DNA from: Octopus sinensis
Lineage: Eukaryota
Assembly: GCF_006345805.1 (NCBI RefSeq)
Contig: NC_042997.1
Span: forward strand, 87,730,001-87,794,000
Direction: 5' to 3'
Length of the DNA: 64,000 nucleotides
The notes beneath the pieces are model-generated. The model was not told the DNA's origin. It did no database searches and saw only the letters and a program-made list of their open reading frames with translations. Positions 26,995-39,229 of this stretch are shown here, one piece after another. Every line of letters begins with the position of its first letter. Positions within the stretch are counted from its first letter, which is position 1. Made by a program: the position numbers and the translations under genes.

Positions 26995-29680
26995 TATTAT
27001 TATTATTATTGCATCTGTAAAAATCCTGTTACTCATAAACCTACTCCATGAAAGCACCAATCATGAAACAAATAAATTCTGTGTGTTTAATCAAATCTAA
27101 GATGATCCCCCTTACTGCATACACAACAACCTGGCTTTCTATTGTTAACAATTAGATAGGGATATTCTTTCTTTATGTTTAAGTGCACTTATAATGTTCA
27201 GCAGTTTGGAAGATCACATTTGGCATTGTTGCTTTTTGAAATGTCATCACTTACATATATATCATCAGGTGAAACAACACTATAGAGAAGAGCATTATTG
27301 TCAACTAATTTAACCTTTTCCGCTATTTTTTACTTCTCCATCAAGATGTCTTTTAAAACATCTTAGTATGCTTATTTTCTCAGGAGTACACCAACAATGA
27401 AATGTATAGCTATTTGATGCTAGTGATATTTATAAGATAAAATTTGCGGAATATTTCTTTTTTATCTCCTTGCACTTTTGCTGAACAAAGCCATTCACTA
27501 AATATTCACCATTTACTATTTAGGCTGCAAAAATTGTTGATGATAGCTATTTCATTTTGCATGACTTCACTTTTGCATGGTTTTGATCTTAGTTGAATTT
27601 TTCTTTTTCTTTTCCATTTTACATTCAGAAATACAACCACTTCTTTGTTTCTGTTTCACTTTTGTATTTTCTTTTCGTTTCACTTCAGAAGTAAGAGAGA
27701 CCACATTCTAAACTAACATTTACATTAGAATAGTTTTATATATATCTATATCTGTCTTTCTGTCTATCTGTCTGTCTGTCTGTCCATACACATACATATC
27801 TCTCTACATGTGTGTGCATGTGTGTGTGTATGTGTGTGTGCGTGTGTTTATTTCATGTCTGTTGTTTTTATATGTGTGCCTGCATTATCTGTTATTGTTC
27901 ATCAACTTTTAGAAAGCATTAAGTACAGTGAAAATGATTCTATTGCTTATCTGAGCTGTTAGTGACGAAACTTGAAGTCCAAGTGAAATCGATATATATG
28001 TATTCATTCACAAATGCACACATGCAAACTCACACACACACACAAACACACACACATGCACATACACACAAACACATGGATACACATGCACAAGATATTG
28101 TTTTTAAACTTAATGTATATGATGCTCTCACCTAGAGGTCTTAACATAGTTCAACATACAAGAAACCAGAAAACAACATAATCCTCTTAGAATATGCATT
28201 GAGTTTGAAAGTAGGAGAAAAGAACTGGCATTAACTGAAGGCTCATGTAGTGGTTACTTAAAAAAAGAAATGAATGAACAAAAAATACACGAGGCTGGTA
28301 ATGAAGCAAGTTACGTGAAGCTAGGAGATGTGATAAACATGCACAGGAGTTTGATATTATTGTTATATTTTGGTAGCCTTGATTATGAGGATGTCTCATA
28401 GTATGTTGGAATCTGTCTACATGTAATATCTTTTAAGGCAGTGTGATGGCAGAGTAGTTAGCATGTTGGTCAAATTGCTTTGTTGCATTTCTTCCAGCGC
28501 TTTACATTCTCAGTTCAGATTCCGCTGAGGTTGACTTTGTCTTTAATCCTTTTCAGGTTGTTAAAATAACTACCAGTCAAATACTGGGGTCAATGTTATT
28601 GGCCTACCCTTCCTGTCAAAATTTCTGGCCTTATGTCAAAATCAGAAAGTAAAATCTCTCTAGAGCAAATTAATTATGACAGATCTGTCAGGTTTCAGGC
28701 ACTAACAAAACCCCTGAAGGCGTTTGTCCTCTGCAAGCTAAGAAAACAAGAGTAATGATATGTCTATCCTTATAGAATAGAACAATATTTGACATTCTAT
28801 GTTTAGGGGGAAAAGACCATTTGGAGTTGAGTATCTGCATTATTAGTCAATGTATACAAATTAGTCTTGCAATCAGCATGGCTATGTCTCCATAAACAGT
28901 TGAAACTATTATTACAATGCATCAAAGAGAGAAGACTCTATATGATGGTTTGACTGTTTTTTAATTTTTTTATGGTATAATCAGAGGAGGAAGGGCAACT
29001 CCCATAACACTTTTCAGGTTCATGAGACTGATGAGAGGAAGAGAAGAAGCTCTGTTCAGATTCAAGATCCAGCCAAAATGCTAGCAACAAAATGGAATCT
29101 GATGAAAGCAAACAATGAGGAGGTGACGGTATTAGATTGCACATCCAAAAACAGGAACATGTTGCCATATGCATTCAGGCATGGTTGTAAAGTTAAGAAG
29201 CTCACTTTTCAATCATATGGTTTGGGGTTCAGTCCTACTACATGGCACCTTGAGCAAGTGTTTTCTGTTATAGGGCAATCAATGCATTGTGAGTGATTTT
29301 AGTAGATGAAAATTGTGCGGAAGTCAATTGAATATATGTGCATATGTTTGTGAGTGTGTGTTTGTCCCCCCACCACTACTTGTTGATTGGTGTTGGTTTG
29401 CTTATGTTCCCATAACTTAGCAGTTTAGCAAAAGAGATTGATAGGATAAATAAGTCACAGGCTTAAGAATAAGTACTGGGAGTTTCCTTTATTTGACTAA
29501 ACCCTTCAAAGAATGACCACAGTCACCTGACTGGAACCAGTTTATAAATATAGTTTCTTGCTACAAAATTTCACTCAGAAGGATTTGATAAGCCAAAAGC
29601 TTTGGTAGAAAATACTTACCCATAGTGGTGTTCAGCAGGACCAAACCCCATGGCACATAACTATTAAGAAAAGTTCTTAA

Positions 29681-30217
29681 CTCTTTAGCATTGTTTTATC
29701 TTTATACTGGCCAGAGCTGTTCTCTCACACTTAGCTACAATATTATTCTAGAAATAAACAATTACATCATTAAAATCTCAAAGCTACAAGATAATGTGTA
29801 ATTAATTCAAAACAATGTGAATAAATAAGCATTACATTTGACAGTAGTGAAGGTGCATGGCTCAGTGGTTAGAGCGTCGAGCTTATGATCATGAGGTTGT
29901 GAGCTCGAATCCCGGACCGGGCTGTGTGTTGTGTTCTTGAGCAAGACACTTTATTTCATGTTCACTCAGCTATAGAAATGAGTTCCGACCTCACTGGTGC
30001 CAAGCTGTATCGGACTTTGCCTTTCCCTTGGATAACACTGGTGGCATGGAGAGAGGAGGCTGGTATGCATGGACGACTGCTGGTCTTCTATAAACAACTT
30101 TGTCCAGACTTGTGTCTGGGAGAGTAACTTTCAAGGTGCAATCCCATGGTCTGTGTCATGACCGAAGGGGGTCTCAAAACTCAGAACATTTGACAGTAAA
30201 ATGTGAATGCTAAAGGG
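29681..30217. mobile_element. piggyBac-type MITE with a nested SINE
   Basis: TTAA|CTCTTTAGCATT ... AATGCTAAAGGG|TTAA. Confidence 0.8.
29847..30185 (+). mobile_element. tRNA-derived SINE (family C)
   Basis: A box TGGCTCAGTGG, B box GCTCGAATCC, and a 13-bp TSD ACATTTGACAGTA at 29834-29846 and 30186-30198. Confidence 0.9.
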
Positions 30218-30429
30218 TTAACCACAGGCCATTGTCTGCTATAAATAAGAGCCAAACTTGCCTGAAATTTCATACCACTGTATTTCAGGAATTAAAGATG
30301 ACATTAGATAATGCATCCCTTATGTACTAACACCTAAAAAAGAGCAGGATAGGCATGGCTAGAATATATTTTATTAAAGGTCTGTTCAAATGAGGCACAT
30401 CTAGGATAAAACAACAACAACAATGAATG

Positions 30430-30729
30430 TCTTTTATCCTTTTATTTTGTTTTAGTCACTGGACTGTGGCCACCTTGAGGTGTTTATTCAAAAAAATCTC
30501 ACTCCAATACATATCTTTTAAACCTGGTACTTATTCTGTTGGTTGCTTTTGCTAAACTACGACTTACAAGGATGCAAACAAGCCAACATTGTTTGTTGAG
30601 TGGTGAAGTGAGGACAAACACAAATACAAAGATATATACACATATATACATATATACATATATACACACACACACTTACATACATATATACATGTATGTA
30701 TGTATGTATGTACGTACGTATGTACGTAC

Positions 30730-30760
<31 letters not shown>

Positions 30761-30935
30761 TGTATACATACACAATGTGCTTCTTTCATTTTCTGTCCAA
30801 CAAATTCACTCAAAAGGCTTTGCTTAACCTTGGGATGTAGTAGAAGACACTCGCAGAAGATGCACACAGTGGAACTGAATCTGGAACCATGTGGTTGGGA
30901 AGCAAACTTCTGACCATGCAGCCACATCTATGGCC
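30430..30935 (-). mobile_element. SINE family A with an internal (TATG)n expansion
   Basis: Head and tail match the family A consensus by eye. Confidence 0.85.
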
Positions 30936-31561
30936 ATACCTAACAATATATGGTCACAAGAACATCTGTCTAATAATTACTTTCCGTTTAAAATTTTAAT
31001 ACAGACAAAATGCTCTTGCATTGAGTATGTCGAAAATATAAGATGAATTTATTATTTTAAAGATGCAATTATAGCAGAATGATGGAGGGGCATTTCAAAA
31101 CCATACATATTAAACAAATACTAGTCAGTCAAATGAAAGATATACATGCAGAACTTGAGTTGACAGTAGATATAATTGACATATAACATTGGTGTAACTG
31201 AAGTCATGAACAAGGTAGAGACAGTCAGGCACCAAGCATAGAGAGAGTAACTTTAATGAAGCTGATAGCTAATGTAAACCATATACTGACAGAACTTCTT
31301 ATTCAGCTATGTAATGAAAGATACATTAAAGCAGTTGCCGTGTGGAGAATGTGGAAAATAATATTCATTTATGCTGCATATGTATATATCCTGAAGAAAA
31401 AAAAATGAGATATTACAATAAATTATAATATCAGGTATTTGTGTATGTATCTATGTATGTATGTATTCTTATGTATGGGTATGTGTGTATGTGTGTATAA
31501 GTATATCTATATCTATGTATGTATGTATGTATGTATGTATGTATGTATGTATGTATGTATG

Positions 31562-31592
<31 letters not shown>

Positions 31593-31601
31593 CTACATGT
31601 G

Positions 31602-31634
<33 letters not shown>

Positions 31635-32620
31635 ATGTAGATTAGTTACAGGGTGCATTAGAATCTAGGTATATGAACAAGTATGATGGTGGGTAACATA
31701 ACATTGAGCTGACAGTAAAGTAAAACAATGATTAGGTGTTATTTACTGGTAGTGACTGCCAGTAGCTATATATAAATACACACACACAATAAATACAAAT
31801 TCTGTATGAAATGTTGAATGATTATTTCTCTGCAAATCCGGTTTACTCTGTTCATTGTATTGTCCAATTTTAGCACCAAAAATTCAATATAAACAGCAGT
31901 AATTAATTTTAAGTGGAATCCATAGATAAATCCAGTGAAAGTTCAAATTCTTACGACCATTTCAAGAACATGTGGTATGAAATGGGCGAACCATTTCCAT
32001 CCATCTCATTTATCTACATTTCTTTCTTCAAAGATGACTTATGAGAATTTAAAAGACTTTTTTTTAATTTTAAAAATAAGTTTAAAAAATTTTTCTTATT
32101 TAAAAAATTTGGAGTTTGGAGTGAAAGTAGATGCTGTTTAGGTGCATGAAATAAAATAAATGTCAAATTTTAGTGTTTAAATAGACTGCAAAATGCCTAG
32201 CGGTGATACTTTAAGATGAGTCTGAGATATAATATGAGTTGAAGGTTAAAATCATATATAGTCTGACCATTTATGGAGAGAAAAAGTTGAAAGTTGAGAA
32301 ATATTTGTGTCTGCAGAAAATCAAAACATCCAAGATCTTATTAAGTTATAGTTTTTTATTGGTATGATGTCAATTGATACTTTTGTGCACAATCTGCACA
32401 TTCTTGACAAAATGAATGCTGACTCCTGAAATTTGTTCTCTTTTTATTAATCTTTATATTTCATGTTCCTCTGATTAGAGCACTAATTTGTTGCTCTGTA
32501 CAGGGAATTATTCTCCTTTCTACCTGATTATATATATGATTTTTGATTTTGATTTTTCCAGTTTCAGCTAATGAGCTGTGGCCATGCTATCTGTAAATGT
32601 AATATGTGACAATTATTCTG

Positions 32621-32694
32621 TAGCCATGATAAAACTCCAAGTTTCGGATGCCAAGGTGGAAATCCATGCCGCCATCTCTTCAGTTATCTGGCCA
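32621..32694 (-). ncRNA. Type I hammerhead ribozyme motif
   Basis: Minus strand reads TGGCCAGATAA-CTGAAGA-GATG...CATCC-GAAACT-TGG-AGTT-TTATCATGGCTA. Helix I is 11 bp with one bulge, helix III is 3 bp, and the triplet is GUU. Confidence 0.72.
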
Positions 32695-32829
32695 TCGGAA
32701 AAATGCTATGAAAAATGACCATTATACAAAGGGAAATTACTGTGTGATTGATCGTTATTAAGACAAAAGAGCTATTTGAATGACCACTAAGTAAGATGAG
32801 GGTGTAAAGTAAGGGGGTAAAAAAGTTCA

Positions 32830-33480
32830 TAGTATTTGTCTAAGCGCGTCTGTTCATACCCACACATGTGCAACTGCACACCCACATGCATGCGCCTAAA
32901 AGTATACATTCCTCCTCCCTCACTTGAAAACGTACACATCCTCACTCTCATCCTTCGCCAAATGTATATGTATATATATATATACATACAAACCCGCACA
33001 CACACATGTGCACCATAAAGGTTCATACATACGTCTATATATGCCCAAGCAAAAGAAAAAACAGGGTTAAGAGTAACAATACAGAAAAAAGGCACAAGGG
33101 AGTATACAAAGAGTAAACCACGTCTATATACGCACAAATCCGCACACGTCTACATACGCACACACACACGCCCGCACAAAAAGGATCATACATACGTTTA
33201 TATCCGCACATACACAAGAAAAAACAGGGCTAAGGGCAAAAATACAGGAAAATGTGTAAAAACACTGAGTAAAATACGTCTATATAAACACGTACTCACA
33301 TGCACGCACACACGCACACATCTATATACGCACATACCCACACACACACACATTCATACGCACGCACAAAAGATTCCATATCCACGTCTATATACGCACA
33401 GGGAAAAATGCAGGGTGGAAGGTAGAATACAGAAAAATTATGTGTAAAAGATATATAAGCAATAAACCTATAAACCAATA
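32830..33480. repeat. Degenerate complex minisatellite with a recurring ACGTCTATATACGCAC motif
   Basis: About 7 motif variants between 33030 and 33400, in roughly three ~170-190-bp higher-order units. Confidence 0.7.
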
Positions 33481-34269
33481 TCCCTATAAATATGTAAGAA
33501 ATATATACTGGATGTTGTAACTGACACCTTTATCTTTTAATGACTGGATAATTTGGTTGTTTTCCTTTTATCCCAGTGCCTAAAGCTCAAAGTGTGATTA
33601 TTGAACCTGGCCTTGAAATTACCCTTGATGATGTATATACACACACACATATACATATATACATACATACACACACACATATATATATATACACATGCAC
33701 ACATATATATAAAATATATATATATATATATATACACATACATACATGTATACATACACATATATATATATGTATGTATGTTAGTTTTAGTTGAATTAGT
33801 GACTTAAATTGAGGCAACTAATTTGCACACTCAGACAATATTAGGTGAGTATCAAACACTATGCAGAATTTTTTCCCCTGATATTCTTGCAGTGTATAGT
33901 TAACATGATCCATCTTAGTGAATAAATCTGCATTTGTTTGTTCAGACATGTACTTTACATAAAGATACTTTTCATGATACTTCTGAAGTAAACATTTTTA
34001 ATGAATAAAGATTTTGTTTTGAATGGTATTTTTGTTTGGATACTTACAGCTACCCACTCTGAGCTCATTTTCATTTAGATTTATACACACATGCGCGTGC
34101 ACACACACACACACACACACATGCACACACACACACATACACACATGCTCGTGTACACTCACACACACACACACATATATTCATACAAATACATCATATA
34201 TTGTAATTTGTTGTTTTTTCACAAACATGCATTGTCATGGAAATGCGTAAAAACTAAGGAAATTTTTAC

Positions 34270-34336
34270 CTGCTGTTCCGAAAGCACCAAAAGACAAGCA
34301 TATGTTTGATCAGCATCTTTAACAACATTCAATAAA
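34270..34336 (-). CDS. Candidate exon (LLNVVKDADQTYACLLVLSEQQ)
   Basis: Donor CAG|GTAAAA. The acceptor is either ATATCCAG, or an upstream acceptor at 34361 giving an in-frame ATG at 34353 (MAFISS...). Unique sequence. Confidence 0.45.
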
Positions 34337-34873
34337 CTGGATATGAATGCCATTTATGAATCTATAGCAGCATTTGTTCATATTACAATGCTCACTGCAC
34401 ATCAACTCAGATGTTACAATGCTTCCAACAACTCAGTAAACAGACAAACATTTCTAAATTTCAGACAGCATTCCATATGTTCTCTATGATATATCATTTT
34501 CCATTAATGCTTTATAAAAACAATAAAATATTGGCTAAAAACATAGTCTCAGAAGACATTTTCAAAAAGAAATCTATTTTCATGTATAAAAAAACAGAAG
34601 CAGGGTTTCAGCAGAACTGATTATTAAAAACATTAACCAGGCATATAGTGTTAACATCAACTTTTCATATATATATATGTATCTAGTTGTGTATATTTAT
34701 TTGTAAATACTTTCACATGCACAGAGCTGCATGTCACACATGTGCACATACACATACATGCATATCTCATTGTAAAAATTATAAAATACATATCCTATTA
34801 TATGCTATACAAGATATGTTTTTCTTTCTTCCTCAAAATACAATACAGCATACCATCTTTTGACAAGACTCAC

Positions 34874-34908
34874 AGTTGCAAACAGGTGTTGGAAGAAACT
34901 TGAGTAAA
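34874..34908 (-). CDS. Candidate 35-nt exon (FTQVSSNTCLQ in phase 0)
   Basis: Acceptor AATTGACAG and donor GTGAGTC. It is frame-compatible with 57798-57907 upstream and 34270-34336 downstream. Confidence 0.35.
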
Positions 34909-35269
34909 CTGTCAATTTTTTATTCAAAAACATGTATGTAGATATGTGCATGTATATATATAGATATATTTAGGAATTTCTTGCATTTTGGGAGTAATGC
35001 GTCCCTGACAAACTTGCCATAATGCAGGAATCCCATAATGCAGAAATAATTTTCTATTGATTCTCATGCTTTAATGATAATGATAATGCTTCCCAATGGA
35101 TATTTTTGCAAAAGAACAGCAAAAAAGAAAGAAAAGAAGGAACAATTTCATACACAGTATGAAAGGTGTACATAAAAGCATTTGGAGAGAAATAGGTTTG
35201 GGAATAAATAAGAATCATAATATTGTAGTAGGATATGTATTCACCACAATAGATGTTGACTACTATGTG

Positions 35270-35560
35270 AGAGGTGGTGGTGAAGTGAGAGTTAGTGGGA
35301 GGATAAGGGATACTGTCTTCTAACAAATAGTTCATCAGCAATAGCAGTATTAACTTGAGGAATGAAGAACTTATTCAAAGTCGTTTGATGCTTGTGGTGC
35401 ATCATCTCCTTGTACAGCTCAGTGTAGGAACTGAGCTCATCATAATCTTCTCTCATAATTTTTATATTACTTTCACGATTAGGGTTGTTGCAAACAAAAG
35501 CTCATGGACCTTCCTCAATGAGTGCCAACCCGTTAGCTATTTTTTTTTTTGCTGTCAACA
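35270..35560 (-). pseudogene. Tigger/pogo transposase C-terminal relic
   Basis: NPNRESNIKIMREDYDELSSYTELYKEMMHHKHQTTLNKFF resembles the Tigger C-terminal DPNxERS...QTxLxxFF pattern. Confidence 0.65.
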
Positions 35561-35585
35561 ATAAATATATATATATATATACCAC

Positions 35586-35949
35586 ACAGGAGTGGCTGTG
35601 TGGTAAGTAGCTTGTTTACCAACCACACAGTTCCAGGTTCAGTCCCACTGTGTGGCACCTTGGGCAAGTGTCTTCTACTATAGCTTCGGGCCGACCAAAA
35701 CCTTGTGAGTGGATTTGGTAGACGGAAACTGAAAGAAGCCCGTCATATATATGTATATATATATATATATGCGTGTGTGTGTTTGTGTATCTGTGTTTGT
35801 CCCCCTAGCATTGCTTGACAACCGATGCTGGTGTGTTTACGTCCCTGTCACTTAGCGGTTCGGCAAAAGAGACCGATAGAATAAGTACTGGGCTTACAAA
35901 GAATAAGTCCTGGGGTCGATTTGCTCGACTAAAGACGGTGCTCCAGCAT
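35586..35949 (+). mobile_element. SINE family A, well preserved
   Basis: CAGGAGTGGCTGTGTGGTAAG (A box), GGTTCAGTCC (B box), CCTTGGGCAAGT core-like segment and an internal TA/TG microsatellite. Confidence 0.93.
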
Positions 35950-36038
35950 ACAATCACCATGCAATGACTAAAAAAAATTGTCTAATATTGGAACTACTAC
36001 TTTCTGTCGAGGGCTTGTATACCCCAATATTAGACTAT

Positions 36039-36070
<32 letters not shown>

Positions 36071-36331
36071 CAAATGTGAGGATAAAATTCTTTTCGAAAA
36101 AAAATATTTTCTCGGAAAAATTTTTATCAATGGCCAGCATGTTAAAAAATACTTTTAACGGTTAAATTTATAAACAATTCATAAATGAGGGCAAAGGAAA
36201 AAATTTCTAATGCCAAATATGCCGAAAAATTGGACATATTGTCCATTAACCATATAATTTTTTCACAATACGCACGCTACTCGAAAAAAGGTCGACAGAA
36301 ATTTCTAAAAAATTCCATTATTACCATATCG

Positions 36332-36374
36332 GACCGATTTCAGAGTTAGCTACTAAGAGCCCTCTCTTCGTCAG
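36332..36374 (-). ncRNA. Minimal type I hammerhead motif (left arm copy)
   Basis: Exact mirror of 36553-36595. Confidence 0.6.
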
Positions 36375-36552
36375 TGATACATGTGGCAAAAGAAATAAAT
36401 GAGATACTCACTCATACCCTTGGAAGAAGCAAATACTAAGTCATGGGCACACCTAAGTACCCCAAATACATCCAAAATAGAAATACTCCAGCCCATTCGA
36501 GGCATGTGTGTATGAGTAAGTATCTCATTTATTTCTTTTGCCACATGTATCA

Positions 36553-36595
36553 CTGACGAAGAGAGGGCTCTTAGTAGCTAACTCTGAAATCGGTC
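36553..36595 (+). ncRNA. Minimal type I hammerhead motif (right arm copy)
   Basis: CTGACGA-AGAG...CTCT-GAAATCGGTC, one substitution from the palindromic GAAACCGGTC. Helix I TGTATCA/CGATATG has an A.C mismatch at the first pair. Confidence 0.6.
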
Positions 36596-36750
36596 CGATA
36601 TGGTAATAATGGAATTTTTTAGAAATTTCTGTCGACCTTTTTTCGAGTAGCGTGCGTATTGTGAAAAAATTATATGGTTAATGGACAATATGTCCAATTT
36701 TTTGACATATTTGGCATTAGAAATTTTTTCCTTTGCCCTCATTTATGAAT

Positions 36751-36785
<35 letters not shown>

Positions 36786-37858
36786 TTTGACGTAAACATT
36801 TTTCTACTGGACCAAATCCCAGTTTTTTATGCCAAAATGTAGCTAGGGACCAGTCCTCTTCAAATATGTTAACAGTTTTCAGTTTGATTAAGAACCGAAT
36901 TAACGATAAGCTCTGAAAGATGCTGCATGTGAGTAAATTTCAGTCTTAAGAATGATATTCAACTACTACTGTAGTTGAATGATATCTATCTATTTCAATG
37001 ATATTTTCTATATCTAAATATGTTGATATAACAGAAACTGTTGTTGGCTTTGTAAGGTTAATTCTACAATTCAAGATGTGATCTTCTCTCGCTTTCTCTC
37101 TCTCTCTCTCTCTATATATATATACAGAGAAAGAGAGTGTATTAGAGACAGACATACAGACACAGATATATTACTATATCAATTAAGCAGAGATAGAATT
37201 TCTCAAAGAGCAATGATATACAAGCAGCAAATTAAAGTGTGAGTACAGAAAGTAAACAAGATAGAAAAGGAGATTTTTTATTTTTTTGTGGAGATAAAAA
37301 AATGCAAAATGATTGTTTTTCTTTCTATTATTATTTATTTACTTGCTATGTATGCAAGAAAGGAAAGAAATTGAAAGGATGATTTCCAAGCAATATGAAA
37401 TTCTGGAGGATATTCTTATTAAATCCAGTTTTAGCTTCCAGACATATACAAGGAATTCTAAACTAAGGATTTTCTGTTCATGAAATGAAGTATGAAAAAA
37501 ATATATCATCTCTGCCAATTAATAATAAGAAATTTCCATGATCAGATGTGTCACCTACCTTGGTTTGTAAACTGACATGTGTTTGCTATGGAATCACCAA
37601 ATCATTTAAATCAAGCAATTTGAAAATTATTTTGTTCATCTTGCATTACAATGTCTCAAAAACTACATGCATAAATTCTTTTCATCTATAATTTCTGAGG
37701 TTTGATTATGATCCTTAAAAACTTGAATTAAATCTCTTCCACAATTTTGCTGGGGAAAAATAGGTCTCAAAGACTATAATGACCTGTCTGGCTCCAGCAT
37801 CTCAGACTTAGCAATGTACCTCCATCCATCTGATTATCCATCCAGCTAGCCATACATA

Positions 37859-38733
37859 TGAGGTTTGATCAATAAGTATCCAGACTGTTGCCATTGTAAT
37901 GAAGCTAAAGCATGCAGAGTGAAGTTGCTTGGCACAGATTGACCTTGAATTCTGCTGTGCATGCACATTAAGTTTTAACATTCTAGCTCACTTCTGCTGT
38001 CTACAGCAGTGTTTGGCAGGAAGGTGTGTAGCATGTGATCATCACATTGATGATGACAAAGAAAGTTGTCATGAGAATACCTTCTTAGAGGCCTATGCAA
38101 AGTTGCAGAAACTGTATGAAGAGGAGTGTATGAGCTGCACACGAGTGTACAAGTGGCTCAGACATTTCCAAGATGGCTGAAAAAATGTCAATATTGACAA
38201 ATGCTCTGGGAGACCTGCAATCAGCAGAACAGAGGAAAACATCACAGATGTGCATGCAACTGTGAGGTGAAATCATCAAATCACCACCCGTGAGTTATCA
38301 GAGGACGTACAGATTAGTTATAGTTCAGTCCATTATCACTGAAGATTTGAGTATGAGATGCATGTCAGCCAACTTCGTGCCAAAACTGCTTTCAGTTGAC
38401 CAAAAGGATACTTGGGTTTCAGTTGATTGTGTTGAGAAAGATGAAAACTTTTTGAAAACTTTGAATAGGCCCCTGAGCAGGTATCGCCAAGCTTTTGGCA
38501 AAATTTGAAGCAGATTCTCTGCTCAACTTTCTCTGTCATGGTGAATGCAATGATCACATGCCACACACCTTCCTTCCAAGCACTGCTGTAAACAGTGGAA
38601 GCAAGCTAGAATGTTAAAACTTAGTGCACATGCACAATAGAGTTTAAGGTCAATCTGTCCCTAGTGGCTTTACTCTTTGTGCTTTAGCTTTGTTACAATA
38701 GCAACAGTCTGAATACTTATTGATCAGATCATG
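37859..38733. mobile_element. Mariner derivative made of two inward-facing 5' ends (foldback)
   Basis: TIRs TGAGGTTTGATCAATAAGTATCCAGACTG and CAGTCTGAATACTTATTGATCAGATCATG with TA flanks. The transposase N-terminus is on + (EAYAKLQKLY...VYKW) and again on - (MTEKVEQRICFKFCQKLGDTCSGAYSK). Confidence 0.9.
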
Positions 38734-39101
38734 TACATACATATATACATACATACATACATAGGTACATTAGGTTATGTACCAACAAATTTACCCAAAA
38801 ACCTAGAAATACTTGTTTTAATGGAGAAAGAGCAAAAGAAACTGGTGTGGATTTTCCAAATCTAGTCTATCAGGGGCACGGTGAAGATTTGTGAAACATT
38901 CCAAAAATTCTCCATCTGAGATTCTTTTGTGAATAGATGCACACACTTGTATGCATTGACACTTCAACCAACATGCCAACTCCACTGCATATTTACAAAC
39001 ACTAGGAACTCCCTTAATTCAGAAAGTCTTGTCACTTTGTTGGCAACTGGCTTGAACTCTCTCTATAAGAACTTAAAACTCAAAGAAAAATCATACATAC
39101 A

Positions 39102-39133
<32 letters not shown>

Positions 39134-39229
39134 CATACATACATACATACATACATACATACATACATACATACATTCAGATGTGTGTGTGTAATGTTTG
39201 TATTGATGGATGGATGAATGAATAGATGC

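Larger units (their letters stand above)
36176..36751. repeat. Long inverted repeat: 242-bp arms and a 92-bp spacer
   Basis: Arms 36176-36417 and 36510-36751 are reverse complements with 3 mismatches found by eye and no indels. Confidence 0.97.

Noticed and set aside
33577-33632. Apparent + strand exon [19 protein letters not shown] with a good acceptor
   Set aside because: The donor is weak and runs into a microsatellite. The opposite strand reads [10 protein letters not shown], like the IIxGDFNAR motif of LINE AP endonucleases, so a retroelement relic is more likely.
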